DNA of 42,930 nucleotides, from the IMG/VR virus record IMGVR_UViG_3300007346_000055, positions 1 through 42,930 of that record, one strand, 5' to 3'. This DNA comes from a virus (lineage: Duplodnaviria > Caudoviricetes). The notes below the pieces were generated by a model. The model was not told where the DNA came from. It made no database searches and saw only the letters and a list, made by a program, of their open reading frames with translations. The translations under genes were made by a program, and so were the position numbers. Positions 42,718-42,930 of this stretch are shown piece after piece (positions within the stretch are counted from its first letter, which is position 1; every line of letters begins with the position of its first letter).

Positions 42718-42930
42718 TTAATTATTTTTTATTTTATGATATTCTTCCCAATTAGAATAAGTTAAACCCCACTGTAGATTAAACCACAACATTTCATTTT
42801 CTGCTCGTTTAGCATACATTCTAAGTTCCTTCATAAGGTATTTCTTACCCCATTTTTTAAATTCCTCACCTTGCTCAACAGTCATAGTATACTTTTTAAA
42901 CCAATCCTCTACACCCAAAACATCATCATA
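42718..42930 (-). CDS. Hypothetical protein, 5' end truncated by the window edge
   Basis: The frame is open to the window edge (YDDVLGVEDWFKKY...). Confidence 0.65.
   Translation of the reverse strand, partial: YDDVLGVEDWFKKYTMTVEQGEEFKKWGKKYLMKELRMYAKRAENEMLWFNLQWGLTYSNWEEYHKIKNN

Overview
This is a 43-kb, gene-dense, AT-rich fragment of a large contractile-tailed (myovirus-type) dsDNA phage. It uses the standard genetic code and almost all genes are on the minus strand. About ten conserved TTTG-N19/20-TATATT(T/A)A promoters and A-rich, Shine-Dalgarno-less starts point to a Bacteroidota host (inference). Left to right: (1) 1-8777, a late-type operon of probable head-packaged cargo proteins. 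It includes a 1230-aa multi-enzyme polyprotein (HIGH-type nucleotidyltransferase, putative BECR-type RNase, two HExxH zincins, two copies of a GNAT-like module, an R-S-ExE ADP-ribosyltransferase) whose modules are separated by hydrophobic-x-Glu sites like those cut by the T4 prohead protease. A Zeta-like kinase, a HAD nucleotidase and a TM-GAF protein lie alongside. (2) A PD-(D/E)XK exonuclease, a primase and a GIY-YIG nuclease. (3) An 11-26 kb baseplate/tail block (gp6-, gp25- and gp5-like). (4) A phage sigma factor, an HD hydrolase and a UVR-motif protein. (5) A lysis cassette (amidase endolysin, holin-like proteins) containing an unannotated 22-aa, 9-Cys metallothionein-like peptide. (6) Six tRNAs that all read A-ending codons, with embedded protein genes. 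(7) DUF932- and DUF6884-like genes and a MoxR AAA / BRCT-like / peptidase-vWA module. (8) An early region of small, mostly membrane proteins and a palindrome-rich non-coding tract. All family calls come from motif recognition by eye; no database searches were run.
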